Shown here one piece after another: positions 35,473 to 45,451 of a DNA stretch of 64,000 nucleotides (positions within the stretch are counted from its first letter, which is position 1; the number at the start of each line of letters is the position of its first letter). The notes under the pieces were generated by a model. The model saw only the letters and a program-made list of their open reading frames with translations, searched no databases and was not told where the DNA came from. The DNA is from an uncultured Gammaproteobacteria bacterium (GTDB lineage Bacteria > Patescibacteriota > Microgenomatia > UBA12405), in contig CAYXDV010000002.1 in NCBI GenBank assembly GCA_964463925.1, positions 86,729 to 150,728 on the forward strand, written 5' to 3'. The position numbers and the translations under genes are program-made.

Positions 35473-36354
35473 CTAAAGTATTCTCGCGCCTCTGAATTGC
35501 CAATCATGGTAAATTTCTCCATTTGGAAAAAAAATTATCTGCCTTGCCTTTGTCGGGTCTGGGCTGTGGGTAAGGGCATTGGTCAAACATACATTTTGTC
35601 CAGCTACGTCATAGATAATTGATCCATGCCCACCTTCAAGCACAGGGACACCATTTAGGTCCAAATATCTTTTTACCTCTCTAATTTGCATATCATTTAG
35701 AAAATGTTCCTCTGTCCACCGTCCTATTTCAGTGTTTTCGCTAGTCCCTGGCTTTGCAACTCTTCGCAAAGTCAATTGGGCTACCCCCAACTGTCTGGTC
35801 CAATCTATCATTTCTCCTACTTTTTCAAAACTATCCACCCCGCCATTAAACATAGTTACCGAAAAACGAGTAGAGAAGCCAATTCGGTGCAAGTCCTCTA
35901 TTACTGCAGGCAAATTTATATATTCTTTGTCCCTGGGGGTATATACTCCACGATTCAAATCCGACCTATGGCCTACTACAGAAACTGCTACAAACCCCAA
36001 GCCCAAGTCGTACCATTTCTTTAAATATTCTTTATATTCATTTGGCTTTTTCTCAAACATTATGGCATTAGTTTGCAAATCAATTAAAGGAAATTGGTGT
36101 GGTTTCAAGTGTTCCAAATATTCTGTAATTTGATTTGGAAATAATGTCGGTTCACCTTTTCCAGTGATTACCACGCTACCAACCCTTAAATCTCGCGCCA
36201 TCCTTGCAGCAATTTCAAAATTTCTCCAATTGATTGGTTGTGGTTTCATACCCAAATGTTCAATCCCTGTCATCTTTGATACGCAAAATGGACAACTGGC
36301 GTTACAGGCAGCCGTACCACAAACAATACTAAAATTCTCAGCTTTCTCTATCAT
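35473..36354 (-). CDS. radical SAM protein (paralog of 57257..58009)
   Basis: N-terminal cluster CNASCPFC (CxxxCxxC) and SAM motif ITGKGEPTLFP. It shares CNA[SK]C[PF]FCV[ST]K[ML]T and ITG.G.P.L.P with the second radical SAM ORF. Confidence 0.8.
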   Translation of the reverse strand: MIEKAENFSIVCGTAACNASCPFCVSKMTGIEHLGMKPQPINWRNFEIAARMARDLRVGSVVITGKGEPTLFPNQITEYLEHLKPHQFPLIDLQTNAIMFEKKPNEYKEYLKKWYDLGLGFVAVSVVGHRSDLNRGVYTPRDKEYINLPAVIEDLHRIGFSTRFSVTMFNGGVDSFEKVGEMIDWTRQLGVAQLTLRRVAKPGTSENTEIGRWTEEHFLNDMQIREVKRYLDLNGVPVLEGGHGSIIYDVAGQNVCLTNALTHSPDPTKARQIIFFPNGEIYHDWQFRGARIL

Positions 36355-37291
36355 TTTTTTCCTCCTCTAAAAAATAAGGGGTCAAACAAAATCTATAAGT
36401 ATCTCCACGGGCATATTTAGTTAAATCCATCTCACCATCACCTATCTCTATCTTCTCCTTTGGCATATTTGCCAGTAAAACAACTTCACTCGGTTTTGCT
36501 TTCAATCCAAAATTGCGATTAAGTCTAGAAACCGCCTTCTGTTGCTTTTGTCGATATTTTTGTACTAAATCCAGGCTATTAACATTGGCCAAAACCCGAC
36601 TCGCTACCATTATCGAATAAACATTTTTAAACCATTTGTTTACTTCCAAAGTTGGCAGGGGATAACGGGCAAATATGGCCCCTATTCGCAGGTAGTACAG
36701 GCCAAAGGGCTTGCTCATGGAAGCTACTACAGCTTCAATTGCCGGATGATTTACATTAACTTTTAATTCATCAGTTAGCCCTATGTAAGTGGCATCGTAA
36801 AAAATCCTGTGCCCAGAATTCAGAATATTTTTCCAGTCTGACTCGTTAAAGCTGTTACCATCTTTTGCCTTTGGATTAGATACAAACAAAATTCCTGGTA
36901 ATTGTTGTCCGAGGTCTTTAGTCGACTCAACCGTTATACAATTTATTCCTAAATTCTTAGCATACCCTGCATAGCCTTCGTATTCACCATTCAAAGTATA
37001 CAGTTTTACCGCAGAATTTATAGATTTTTCTCTAGCCAATAAATGGAAAATTGCTTCCGATGCTCCACCAGTTATATATGACTCGGGATATTTATCTAGT
37101 CCTGCCAGCTGTTTTGCCAAATATCGACGATACTCATCCAAAAAGGGTTTATGAAAGTCATCTAATCCAGGGTCAACCGATCTTAATAAAACGCGGTTTA
37201 GTTCTGTTGGTTTTACAGATTCAATAACCTCTCTTACTTCCGGAAACAAATAGCTATAAACTGGCTTTAATGGCTGTATTTTCTCTCTCAT
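36338..37291 (-). CDS. PLP-dependent class I/II aminotransferase-fold protein (short)
   Basis: GGASEAIFHLL, YDATYIG and the PLP-lysine motif SMSKPFGLYYLRIG. The start overlaps the stop of the radical SAM gene. Confidence 0.55.
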   Translation of the reverse strand: MREKIQPLKPVYSYLFPEVREVIESVKPTELNRVLLRSVDPGLDDFHKPFLDEYRRYLAKQLAGLDKYPESYITGGASEAIFHLLAREKSINSAVKLYTLNGEYEGYAGYAKNLGINCITVESTKDLGQQLPGILFVSNPKAKDGNSFNESDWKNILNSGHRIFYDATYIGLTDELKVNVNHPAIEAVVASMSKPFGLYYLRIGAIFARYPLPTLEVNKWFKNVYSIMVASRVLANVNSLDLVQKYRQKQQKAVSRLNRNFGLKAKPSEVVLLANMPKEKIEIGDGEMDLTKYARGDTYRFCLTPYFLEEEKNDRES

Positions 37292-37349
37292 AAAGAAAGT
37301 GTAATATGGACACTATCTAAAGTCAAGAGATATTAACGCTACACAAAAA

Positions 37350-38012
37350 TCAGGCGAAATATTGAATACTTCTTTTTACAAAACGGTACATTCTTGCAGG
37401 TCTAAAAGCACCTTCTTTTATCTTATCTACCTTTTCTACCAAGCCCAACTGCAACATTTTTTTTCTAAAATTTCTTTTATCAAGTGGTCTACCCCAAATA
37501 ATTTCATAAATATGTTGCAATTCGGTCAAAGTAAATTCTGTGGGTAGTAGGGCATAGGCCACATTGGAGTAAGCTATTTTATCTTGTAACCTAGCTGTTG
37601 CCGTTTTTATAATTTTTTCATGGTCAAAAGCCATTTTTGGTAATTTATTGACGTCAAACCAAGCCATATCTTGGTAATAATCTGGCTTCCTTATTTCTAA
37701 CTTTTCAGCCATATTTAGTAATAAAAAATAAGCCACAGAGATTGCTCTACTTCGCAAATCACGGTTCAGTTCTCCAAAAGTATATAGCTGTTCCAAATGT
37801 TTAATTTTAAGATTGGTCTTTTGTTCCATTACTCTTTCTGCCGCTAAATCCAAGGTTTCCCCGGATTGAACCAAACCACCGGGAACTGCCCATTTTTTAG
37901 CGTACATACCTTCTTTAATTTGCAGCAAGAGAACTTTTAATCTGTCATCCAAAATACTTAAAACCACAGTATCAACAGCAACCTTTGGTGACAACAAATT
38001 TGTTTTTGTCAT
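37350..38012 (-). CDS. NUDIX hydrolase with a C-terminal extension
   Basis: Nudix box VPGGLVQSGETLDLAAERVMEQKTNL, plus ~90 extra C-terminal residues. Confidence 0.75.
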   Translation of the reverse strand: MTKTNLLSPKVAVDTVVLSILDDRLKVLLLQIKEGMYAKKWAVPGGLVQSGETLDLAAERVMEQKTNLKIKHLEQLYTFGELNRDLRSRAISVAYFLLLNMAEKLEIRKPDYYQDMAWFDVNKLPKMAFDHEKIIKTATARLQDKIAYSNVAYALLPTEFTLTELQHIYEIIWGRPLDKRNFRKKMLQLGLVEKVDKIKEGAFRPARMYRFVKRSIQYFA

Positions 38013-38030
38013 ATGCTATTTTAGCAGTCT

Positions 38031-39440
38031 CTAAAAACCTGGAAAATAGTCAGTCACTATCTTTTTGACGCCCATTTTTGTCAAACTGTTTTTATATCTA
38101 GCAACCATCCCTCCAGGACCAGAAACAAAAAACACTCTTTCTTTGAAGTCAGGCACTAATTCTTTGATTTTTTCATCTTCTAGATAACCATATTTATCAG
38201 TATTATGTCTTACCACAGTAACCCCAGAATTTTCAATTTCCGTAGCCATTGGAAAATTGTCTCCTTTATTCACATACAAAAGCACTGGCCTTACTATACT
38301 AGAAATCTTATCCAAATCTTTGGCCATACTTGCAAACGGTGTTATTCCAATGCCTCCAGCCAGCCAAGCCATTTTTTCTTCTTTCTTGGCCACAAAATCA
38401 CCGGCAACCAGTGATACTTTTACTTCTTCTCCTGGCCTAATTTGCAGCAGGCGTTTTTTATATTGACTACAATCCGATTCAGGTACTCTTATTATAAGTT
38501 CAATATGTTCATTTCCCGGTCCGTTTGCTAAGGTAAAATATCTGCGATTTCCACGCATGTCAATTTTTACTCCTGGCAATGTCCACTCAATATATTGTCC
38601 GGCTTTAAAAGCTATCTTTTCTGTTGCCGTGAAAACAAATTTCCACACCCCATCACCCAGTTCTTGCTTTTCTACAAACTCAATCAGATAAAACCTTTTT
38701 TTTGCAAGTATATAAACTACCAGATTTCCCAATAGGAGCGCCTGCTCAGGGCCCTTATAATATGCCAAACCAACAATCAACCCCATAATTATCTCTGTTT
38801 TCAAGTTAGTAGCTCCCGTAATTGGTTCAGTCAGCATAATAGTAGCAAAAAATACCAGTGGTCCAGATAACCATAAATATTGCGCTTGACCACCGCTAAA
38901 CCATGTCATTATCGAGGCCTCCAACATTACAATTAACACTAATTTTTCGCGCTTAACTTTTCTTACTACCAAAAAACCGACAATCGCCACTGTCGGAAGC
39001 ATGCTTCGGCTACCAACCCACCACGAAGCCATACCGCTTCCGGCGAGTCCCCCAAAGTATGTAGCCATGGCTGCTGGATTGAAAACATGTAGCTTTTTCC
39101 ATTGCAAAATAAATTTACCAAACTGGGCTAAAGCCAAAATCGCCACTACTTGCCACCACTCACTATTTGTTCTTGGCAAATCTACTATTAAAAACAAGAT
39201 CACGGCGGTAATCAGCCAAGATTCTTGACCCAAAGTTGCCCTAAAAACTTTTGCCAATATCCAAGCCATCAGTCCCGAAACCGTTATACACACGACAAAA
39301 TGTTCAGCTAAGGATAGTGGGGAAAATTTAAGCCATCCAAATACACTTTCCACAAATGCCACCAAGCATAAAACCAAAAGACCATATAAAACAGTTTTAT
39401 ACATAGTTATCCCATTTAGTAGTTGATCAATTTTGTGCAT
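38031..39440 (-). CDS. membrane oxidoreductase: polytopic N-domain with a TGAT flavinylation-like motif, fused to an FNR-like FAD/NAD(P)-binding domain
   Basis: The N-terminal ~250 aa are multi-TM and contain EPITGATNLK, which compares with the S/TGAT FMN-attachment motif of RnfD/NqrB. The C-terminus has an FAD-binding RRYFTLANGP and an NAD-binding WLAGGIGITPFASM. Confidence 0.65.
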   Translation of the reverse strand: MHKIDQLLNGITMYKTVLYGLLVLCLVAFVESVFGWLKFSPLSLAEHFVVCITVSGLMAWILAKVFRATLGQESWLITAVILFLIVDLPRTNSEWWQVVAILALAQFGKFILQWKKLHVFNPAAMATYFGGLAGSGMASWWVGSRSMLPTVAIVGFLVVRKVKREKLVLIVMLEASIMTWFSGGQAQYLWLSGPLVFFATIMLTEPITGATNLKTEIIMGLIVGLAYYKGPEQALLLGNLVVYILAKKRFYLIEFVEKQELGDGVWKFVFTATEKIAFKAGQYIEWTLPGVKIDMRGNRRYFTLANGPGNEHIELIIRVPESDCSQYKKRLLQIRPGEEVKVSLVAGDFVAKKEEKMAWLAGGIGITPFASMAKDLDKISSIVRPVLLYVNKGDNFPMATEIENSGVTVVRHNTDKYGYLEDEKIKELVPDFKERVFFVSGPGGMVARYKNSLTKMGVKKIVTDYFPGF

Positions 39441-40284
39441 AGAACAATTCCACTGGCATATTTAAGGATTTTTTAATCTTCATTTCTTGATTCAAAATTA
39501 AATACTCAAAATCTATTTTATCAACCAATATCTCTACGGGTACTAAGAATAAACAAGTTGCCAAAGTGTCAGCAATCATTGCATTTTTCGCTACCACCCA
39601 TGTTGCAATTATTTCTTGAGGTGATTCTTGTTTTGATGGGTCAAATATATGATGATATTTTCCCCATTTTCGCCGATTTGAAGCCGAGCCGCAAATACTT
39701 CCCTGACTAACCATAGCAATCCCAATAGCTTCTTTTGTGTCTACTGGATTTTCCAGAGCAATCTTTTCACTTTTTGATTTTGATAGAAAAATGTCACCAC
39801 CAGCATTTACCACAAAATCACTCACTAGATTATTCCTGAGTAAGTCTGCCACTTGGTCAACCGCCCACCCTTTGCCAGCAGCCCCCAAATCAAGTTGTAT
39901 TTGTTGCTTTGTAACCACATTATCCATCTCAAGTCTTAGTGCTTCATCCCATTTTGGCAAAAAACTCAAGAGTTTTTCTTTGTTAAAAGAATATTCCTTA
40001 TCATATCCAATTTCTTCCAAATTTTTACCTATCATTGGGGTAAATTTACCACCAGTCCAATCATACATTTTTTCATACCAAGACCATAGCTCCATCATTT
40101 TTCTCTCCTGTCTATAAATCCCAGGCCGTTTTGACATCTGATTTAAATAAGAGTTTGGTATAAACCGTGAATACTCCATCTCAAAATTAGAAAGCCAATG
40201 AAGTATCTTTTCTCTAGCTCTAGTGTTAACCTCTCCCTGGACTAGCCAAGAAGTTCCCAAAGCATTAAATTTCCAATTGGTCAC
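39427..40284 (-). CDS. apbE: FAD:protein FMN transferase (ApbE family)
   Basis: ApbE motifs LDLGAAGKGWAVDQVADLL and VNAGGDIF. Confidence 0.8.
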   Translation of the reverse strand: MTNWKFNALGTSWLVQGEVNTRAREKILHWLSNFEMEYSRFIPNSYLNQMSKRPGIYRQERKMMELWSWYEKMYDWTGGKFTPMIGKNLEEIGYDKEYSFNKEKLLSFLPKWDEALRLEMDNVVTKQQIQLDLGAAGKGWAVDQVADLLRNNLVSDFVVNAGGDIFLSKSKSEKIALENPVDTKEAIGIAMVSQGSICGSASNRRKWGKYHHIFDPSKQESPQEIIATWVVAKNAMIADTLATCLFLVPVEILVDKIDFEYLILNQEMKIKKSLNMPVELFYAQN

Positions 40285-40766
40285 ACACCGGCTTGTTGCT
40301 TAATCTTGCCCAAGGCATCTAAAAATCCTTGGGGGGTCAATGACCCACCTGAAATATTTACTGTGTCAAGTTGACTCAATTTTTTACCAACTACAGCTGG
40401 ACCAAAGTTGCTAGCAAATTCTTGCTGAAATCTCACTGACTGCCTATCTCTTCCCATGACTGTAGCCACTCCATTGCTAACTATTCCATTCCTTATGCTA
40501 AGTTCTATCCCAATTTGTTCGGGCCCTTCTGGAGTCATATAATTACCAATTGCTTGATAAGATTTCTCGCCATTTGCTGGCAAATTAGATCCAGTTGTTG
40601 GAGTATTTGTTACAACGATTCCAGTTTCTGTACTAGTAACTTTTGCCACAAGCCCATTGTTTGACTGATTCAAACTACCTTCCTGATTTTTAGCGCCACA
40701 ACCAGCCAATAATATAGTTGCCAAGGCGACAGTTGAAATTATTTTTTTATTTTGCATAAGTTTCAT
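40281..40766 (-). CDS. FMN-binding-domain lipoprotein (candidate ApbE substrate)
   Basis: Lipobox LLAGCGA. The C-terminal TVNISGGSLTPQGFLDAL resembles the FMN_bind flavinylation motif D.vSGATiTS. Confidence 0.55.
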   Translation of the reverse strand: MKLMQNKKIISTVALATILLAGCGAKNQEGSLNQSNNGLVAKVTSTETGIVVTNTPTTGSNLPANGEKSYQAIGNYMTPEGPEQIGIELSIRNGIVSNGVATVMGRDRQSVRFQQEFASNFGPAVVGKKLSQLDTVNISGGSLTPQGFLDALGKIKQQAGV

Positions 40767-40786
40767 TGTATCAGGGCTTTTAAAAA

Positions 40787-41248
40787 TTAATTTGTTTTAT
40801 TTAAAGCAGGACTAGGATTTCTAATCATTGGATTAAGCTGCACATCTTGAGCTGTAACGCTACCATCTGTATTTTCCGTTCCAAGTATTCTAACGGTCTT
40901 GCCAATTGCCATATCAGAATTTGATCCAACTTCTGTCTTCTCAATTGCTGTATTAGTAGTTAACAAAATAATTTTACTGCTCCCATCTTGACTCTTGATA
41001 GTAATTGAAGAATCATCTCGGGCACTTATCTCTCCTACAATTGGCCTAAATCTGTTTTGTCCATTCGATCCAAATCCATTTCTAACGCCAGCAGGATTAC
41101 TACCCATCATCCCTCCAAACTGACCATTTCTCCCAGAAGAACCCAAGGCCTTAGACTTGCCATATTGCCATCCACCCAAAAAACCAACAATACTTCCAGC
41201 AAAAGCAATTACTAACATTAACCACATAGCATTATTTTTTTGTTTCAT
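40787..41248 (-). CDS. hypothetical secreted Gly/Asn/Ser-rich protein
   Basis: 153 aa with an N-terminal signal/TM and a low-complexity middle. Confidence 0.45.
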   Translation of the reverse strand: MKQKNNAMWLMLVIAFAGSIVGFLGGWQYGKSKALGSSGRNGQFGGMMGSNPAGVRNGFGSNGQNRFRPIVGEISARDDSSITIKSQDGSSKIILLTTNTAIEKTEVGSNSDMAIGKTVRILGTENTDGSVTAQDVQLNPMIRNPSPALNKTN

Positions 41249-41290
41249 ATTGTATGTATACTAAAAATTTAATCTGAAAGTTTACTGAAT

Positions 41291-42514
41291 TTATTCATAA
41301 CGCAAAGCTTCAATTGGTTGCAAATTGGCGGCCCTCTTGGCAGGATAATACCCAAAAACTAGGCCAATTATCACCGAGACTGCAAAAGCCAATAAAACTG
41401 AGGTAGGTGATACCACAAATATTGACCCAGTTAACTTGGCATAAACAAAAGAAGCTAGAATTCCAAAAGCTATTCCAATCATTCCTCCTGTGAATGTCAG
41501 CAAAATTGACTCAACCAAGAATTGTGTCGTAATAATAACTTTTTTTGCACCCAACGCCTTTCGTAGACCAATCTCTCTTGTACGTTCGGTCACCGTGACC
41601 AACATGATATTCATAATACCAATTCCTCCCACAACTAAAGAAATTGCTGCCACCCCAGAAAGCAGAGTAGTAAATGTCTGCGTTGTACTTCCTGCTGTAT
41701 TCAAAATATCTTGCTGGGAAAAAATAGAAAAATCAGCCTGAGAAGGATCGTTGAATTTGTGTCTTGCTAGCAACAAATATCCAACTTCATTTTGAGCCGT
41801 GGTCATTAAGTCAGCACTTTTTGCTTCAAGAGCAATTGATGACAAGTTATTTGACCCAAACAGTAGTTTCATTGCAGTTGTAAGAGGTACATACACTACA
41901 TCATCTTGATTTTGAAACCCAGTTCCACCTTTTGCCCTAGTAACCCCGATTATCACAAGTGATTGTCCATTTATTCGTATATTTTGACCCAATGCACTGG
42001 TCACATCACCAAACAGATTAATAGCTGTCGTTGGTCCTACTATTGCAACCCTGCCCATGTTCTGGACTTCACTTTGTCCAAAAAAATTACCAACATCTAT
42101 ATTAACTTTATGGACTTCCAAATAATTTTGAGTACAGCCCACAATTTGACTGTTGCTGTTGTTTTTTCCAGTACTGATTTGAGCACGTCGGTTATATTCT
42201 GGTGAAACTAGTTGAACGCTTGTGACATCAGTCGAATTGCTTATGGCTTGTGCATCTTCAAATGTTAATGTGGTAGCCCCGCCAAGTGCTCCGCGCACAG
42301 CTCCTTGTCTGGTAGAACCAGGCATCACAGTCAATAAATTCGAACCCAAAGATTGAATCTGCGACTGTATGGCTTTTTGGCTGGACTGCCCCAAGGAAAT
42401 TAAAGTAATTACACTGGCAATCCCAATTACGATTCCTAAAATTGCCAGGCCTGTTCTGGTTTTGTTCAAAGTCAACATTCCTAAACTTTCTTGTAATAAT
42501 TCCCAAAAACTCAT
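41291..42514 (-). CDS. ABC transporter permease, MacB/FtsX family
   Basis: Single N-terminal TM, a large periplasmic MacB-like domain, and a C-terminal FtsX 3-TM bundle. Confidence 0.85.
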   Translation of the reverse strand: MSFWELLQESLGMLTLNKTRTGLAILGIVIGIASVITLISLGQSSQKAIQSQIQSLGSNLLTVMPGSTRQGAVRGALGGATTLTFEDAQAISNSTDVTSVQLVSPEYNRRAQISTGKNNSNSQIVGCTQNYLEVHKVNIDVGNFFGQSEVQNMGRVAIVGPTTAINLFGDVTSALGQNIRINGQSLVIIGVTRAKGGTGFQNQDDVVYVPLTTAMKLLFGSNNLSSIALEAKSADLMTTAQNEVGYLLLARHKFNDPSQADFSIFSQQDILNTAGSTTQTFTTLLSGVAAISLVVGGIGIMNIMLVTVTERTREIGLRKALGAKKVIITTQFLVESILLTFTGGMIGIAFGILASFVYAKLTGSIFVVSPTSVLLAFAVSVIIGLVFGYYPAKRAANLQPIEALRYE

Positions 42515-42515
42515 C

Positions 42516-43196
42516 TCAATTCTGGCTCAAATGGCCATCACGTATATGAATAACTCTTTGGGCATAAGCAGCAATATCTGGTTCATGGGTAATCATCACT
42601 ATTGTGTGTCCCTCTTTATGTAATTTACTGAAAATAGACATAATTTCTTCTGCTTGGGCACTGGCAATATTCCCAGTAGGCTCATCAGCCAAAATTAAGG
42701 CAGGATTTAAACCAAGAGCCCTGGCTACTGCCACTCTTTGTTGTTGCCCTCCCGAGAGTTGATTACTTGTATGTAGCATTCGATCACCCAAGCCAACCAT
42801 TTTTAACAGTTCTCTTGATCTTTTCTCTCTTTCTTCCAGTTCAATTCCGGCGTATACCATTGGCAACATGACATTTTTAAGTGCAGTAATTCTTGGTAAT
42901 AAATTAAATGCCTGAAACACAAAGCCAATCTTTTTGTTTCTTACTTCTGATAGTTCATCATCATTCATCTGACTAATTTCTACTCCGTCCAAAAAATATT
43001 TACCTCCCGTTGGCTTGTCCAAAGCCCCAAGTATGTGCATCAAAGTAGACTTTCCCGAACCAGATGGCCCCATTATGGCTACAAATTCTCCCTTTTTTAT
43101 CTCGATGTTTATATCTTCCAAAGCCACAGTCTCTATCAAATCAGTTTTGTATACTTTACTTATCCCTGTTGTTTTTATTACTACGCTACTCTTCAT
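42516..43196 (-). CDS. ABC transporter ATP-binding protein (MacB/LolD-like)
   Basis: Walker A GPSGSGKST, signature LSGGQQQRVA, and Walker B LILADEPTG. The preferred start is MKSSVVIKT. The track ORF extends to 43241 and overlaps the adaptor gene. Confidence 0.9.
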   Translation of the reverse strand: MKSSVVIKTTGISKVYKTDLIETVALEDINIEIKKGEFVAIMGPSGSGKSTLMHILGALDKPTGGKYFLDGVEISQMNDDELSEVRNKKIGFVFQAFNLLPRITALKNVMLPMVYAGIELEEREKRSRELLKMVGLGDRMLHTSNQLSGGQQQRVAVARALGLNPALILADEPTGNIASAQAEEIMSIFSKLHKEGHTIVMITHEPDIAAYAQRVIHIRDGHLSQN

Positions 43197-43203
43197 TTGC
43201 CAA

Positions 43204-44403
43204 CTAACGTAAATTTCTAAATTGGCCACCGCCACCACCAATCCCTACTCCTCCAAAAGGAGAGCTAGTGTTCGTACTGGTTGTCGTATTTGTGCTCGAA
43301 GTACTAGTAATTACGCTTTGCCCTTCCGAAATCCCACTGATAATCTGAGTCTGAGTATCGTTGTTTATGCCAACTTCAACCGTCTGATTCTGAACTTGAT
43401 TATTTTGCAGTATTTTGACAGTACTTGTGCCAGTGCTCGTATTCGTTGTCACTGCTTTGTTTGGCACCAACAATGCATCAGCAACTACATTTGTAATAAT
43501 TTTTGCTGTCACCGCCATGTTGGCATATATACCATCTGGCGTATCATCAAATACCAATATGCAGGGATAAGAAACTACACCAGAACTCGATGTCCCAGTG
43601 GTATCTATTGCTAATACTTTGCCAGTAAACGTTTTATTTGCGATAGCATCTAAACTAAAAGTAACTTTCTCTCCTGGCAAAACTTTGCCAACATCTGACT
43701 CTGATAAGTTTACAGTTGCCTGAATTTTGCTCAACGTATTTTTTATGGCTCCAATTTTTTGCCCAGAAGTAGAAATTGTAATTCCTGGTTCAAGGGCAAA
43801 ATTAACCAAGGTACCACTACCAGGGGACAGAATATTGCTCGAAACAGATTGGTAATCCAAATAATTACTTTGCAAACTAGTCTGAGATTGGGCAATTGCA
43901 CTTGACTGATTTTTATAGTCAGCTTCTGCCTGAAGCCAATCAGCCTTTTCTTGGATATATGTCGGATCCAAATCACTCAAATTTCTTGCAACTGCATCAT
44001 TTATAAATTTCTGATTAGCCTTAAAAGCAGCAGACTGAAGAGAGTTTAGCCTATCTTTGTTATTCTGCAATTGATTTTTCGCTGCCAAATAAGCTGCATA
44101 TGAACTTATCTGTTTTTGTTTGGAAGCTAAATCAGGCTGTAGTCTGGCCAAGATTTGACCAGCATATATTTTTTGCCCATCTTTTACATATACTTTGTCC
44201 ACAATGCCAGTAGTCGTAGTGGTGATCGGACTAATATTAGTCCCACTAATCAATCCAGACGCAGAGACATAAGCAACCAATGTTCCACGCTCAACCACAG
44301 ATGTTTGATAACTTATTTGATTTGTTTTATTACTTAGTTTCCAGCGGTAGCCAGCATAAATTAACCCTGCAAGTAAACAGCCAATTAATATTTTTTTCCA
44401 CAT
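43204..44403 (-). CDS. HlyD/MacA-family periplasmic adaptor subunit with a Gly-rich C-terminus
   Basis: N-terminal TM, a coiled-coil region, lipoyl/beta-barrel-like segments, and a tail of GGVGIGGGGGQ. Confidence 0.7.
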   Translation of the reverse strand: MWKKILIGCLLAGLIYAGYRWKLSNKTNQISYQTSVVERGTLVAYVSASGLISGTNISPITTTTTGIVDKVYVKDGQKIYAGQILARLQPDLASKQKQISSYAAYLAAKNQLQNNKDRLNSLQSAAFKANQKFINDAVARNLSDLDPTYIQEKADWLQAEADYKNQSSAIAQSQTSLQSNYLDYQSVSSNILSPGSGTLVNFALEPGITISTSGQKIGAIKNTLSKIQATVNLSESDVGKVLPGEKVTFSLDAIANKTFTGKVLAIDTTGTSSSGVVSYPCILVFDDTPDGIYANMAVTAKIITNVVADALLVPNKAVTTNTSTGTSTVKILQNNQVQNQTVEVGINNDTQTQIISGISEGQSVITSTSSTNTTTSTNTSSPFGGVGIGGGGGQFRNLR

Positions 44404-44443
44404 AGCCTTATCTTACTCCCAATCCTGAACCATAGCTGAAGGA

Positions 44444-45451
44444 TTAACCCTTTGGTAATTGCATATAAAAAGTTGACCCTTCCCCTAACTTGCTTTCAAG
44501 CCAAATTTTGCCATTGGCGCTTTCAATTAATCTTTTTGCAATTGGCAACCCTAAACCAAAGCCATTATTGCCAGATCTGGAACCATCAATTCGATAAAAT
44601 CTTTCAAATATTTTCTCAATTTGATCTTTTGCAATACCCATCCCTTGGTCTGCAATCGCAATCACCACCGAATTTGTTCTATTCTTTATTTTTATCCGAA
44701 TCCTAGACTTTTTTTGGCTATATTTAATAGCGTTATCTAAAAGAATTGTCAAAGCCCTTCCCATATCATCTGAATTCCACCAAACTTTACTTGAAATTTT
44801 AGTGCGAGAAATCGTAATCAGTTTCTTTTTAGCTAATGGGGCGATACTCTCCATAACCACATCAATATTTCTTGCTACTAAAATCGCTTTGTTTTCGACA
44901 ACATTTCTACCGTTTTCTAATTTTCCAAGAAACAATAAGCTTTCAACTAGTTTCTGAAGTCGGTCAACATCAGAAAGACTACCATCAAGCATTTCTTTAA
45001 TTTCTTCTTTACTATTCATTTTCCAACCACGAAGATATACCTCCAAATTTGTCTTAAGGGCGGTTAGAGGAGTTTTTAACTCATGTCCTGCGTCATTAAT
45101 AAATCTTCTCTGTTCTTCCAGGCTTTCTTCGATCGGACCCAAAGTCTTTCCAGCTAAAAAATATCCTCCTCCAGCACCAAGTAGCCAAAGTAAACCATTG
45201 ATTACCATCAAACTTAGAAAAGCTCTTTTTTTTGCTTCTTCCATTACATCATCATCAATGATCACGGGAACCATCATTCTCCTTTCCAATCGAACTTTCT
45301 GTGCCGTAGCAAAACGTTCCATCTCTATACTCCAAGAACGATAAATTACTACACTGAAGCTAGTGCTTACAAGCATAATTGCAAGCACATACCAGGCTGT
45401 TAATCTTAATCTGGCTTCCTTAAACATGAACCACATCCAACAAATATCCAA
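44444..45451 (-). CDS. sensor histidine kinase
   Basis: Two TMs, an H-box DAGHELKTPLTAL, and HATPase_c N/G boxes (LDNAIKYS; DQGMGI; GFGLGL). Confidence 0.85.
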   Translation of the reverse strand: MDICWMWFMFKEARLRLTAWYVLAIMLVSTSFSVVIYRSWSIEMERFATAQKVRLERRMMVPVIIDDDVMEEAKKRAFLSLMVINGLLWLLGAGGGYFLAGKTLGPIEESLEEQRRFINDAGHELKTPLTALKTNLEVYLRGWKMNSKEEIKEMLDGSLSDVDRLQKLVESLLFLGKLENGRNVVENKAILVARNIDVVMESIAPLAKKKLITISRTKISSKVWWNSDDMGRALTILLDNAIKYSQKKSRIRIKIKNRTNSVVIAIADQGMGIAKDQIEKIFERFYRIDGSRSGNNGFGLGLPIAKRLIESANGKIWLESKLGEGSTFYMQLPKG

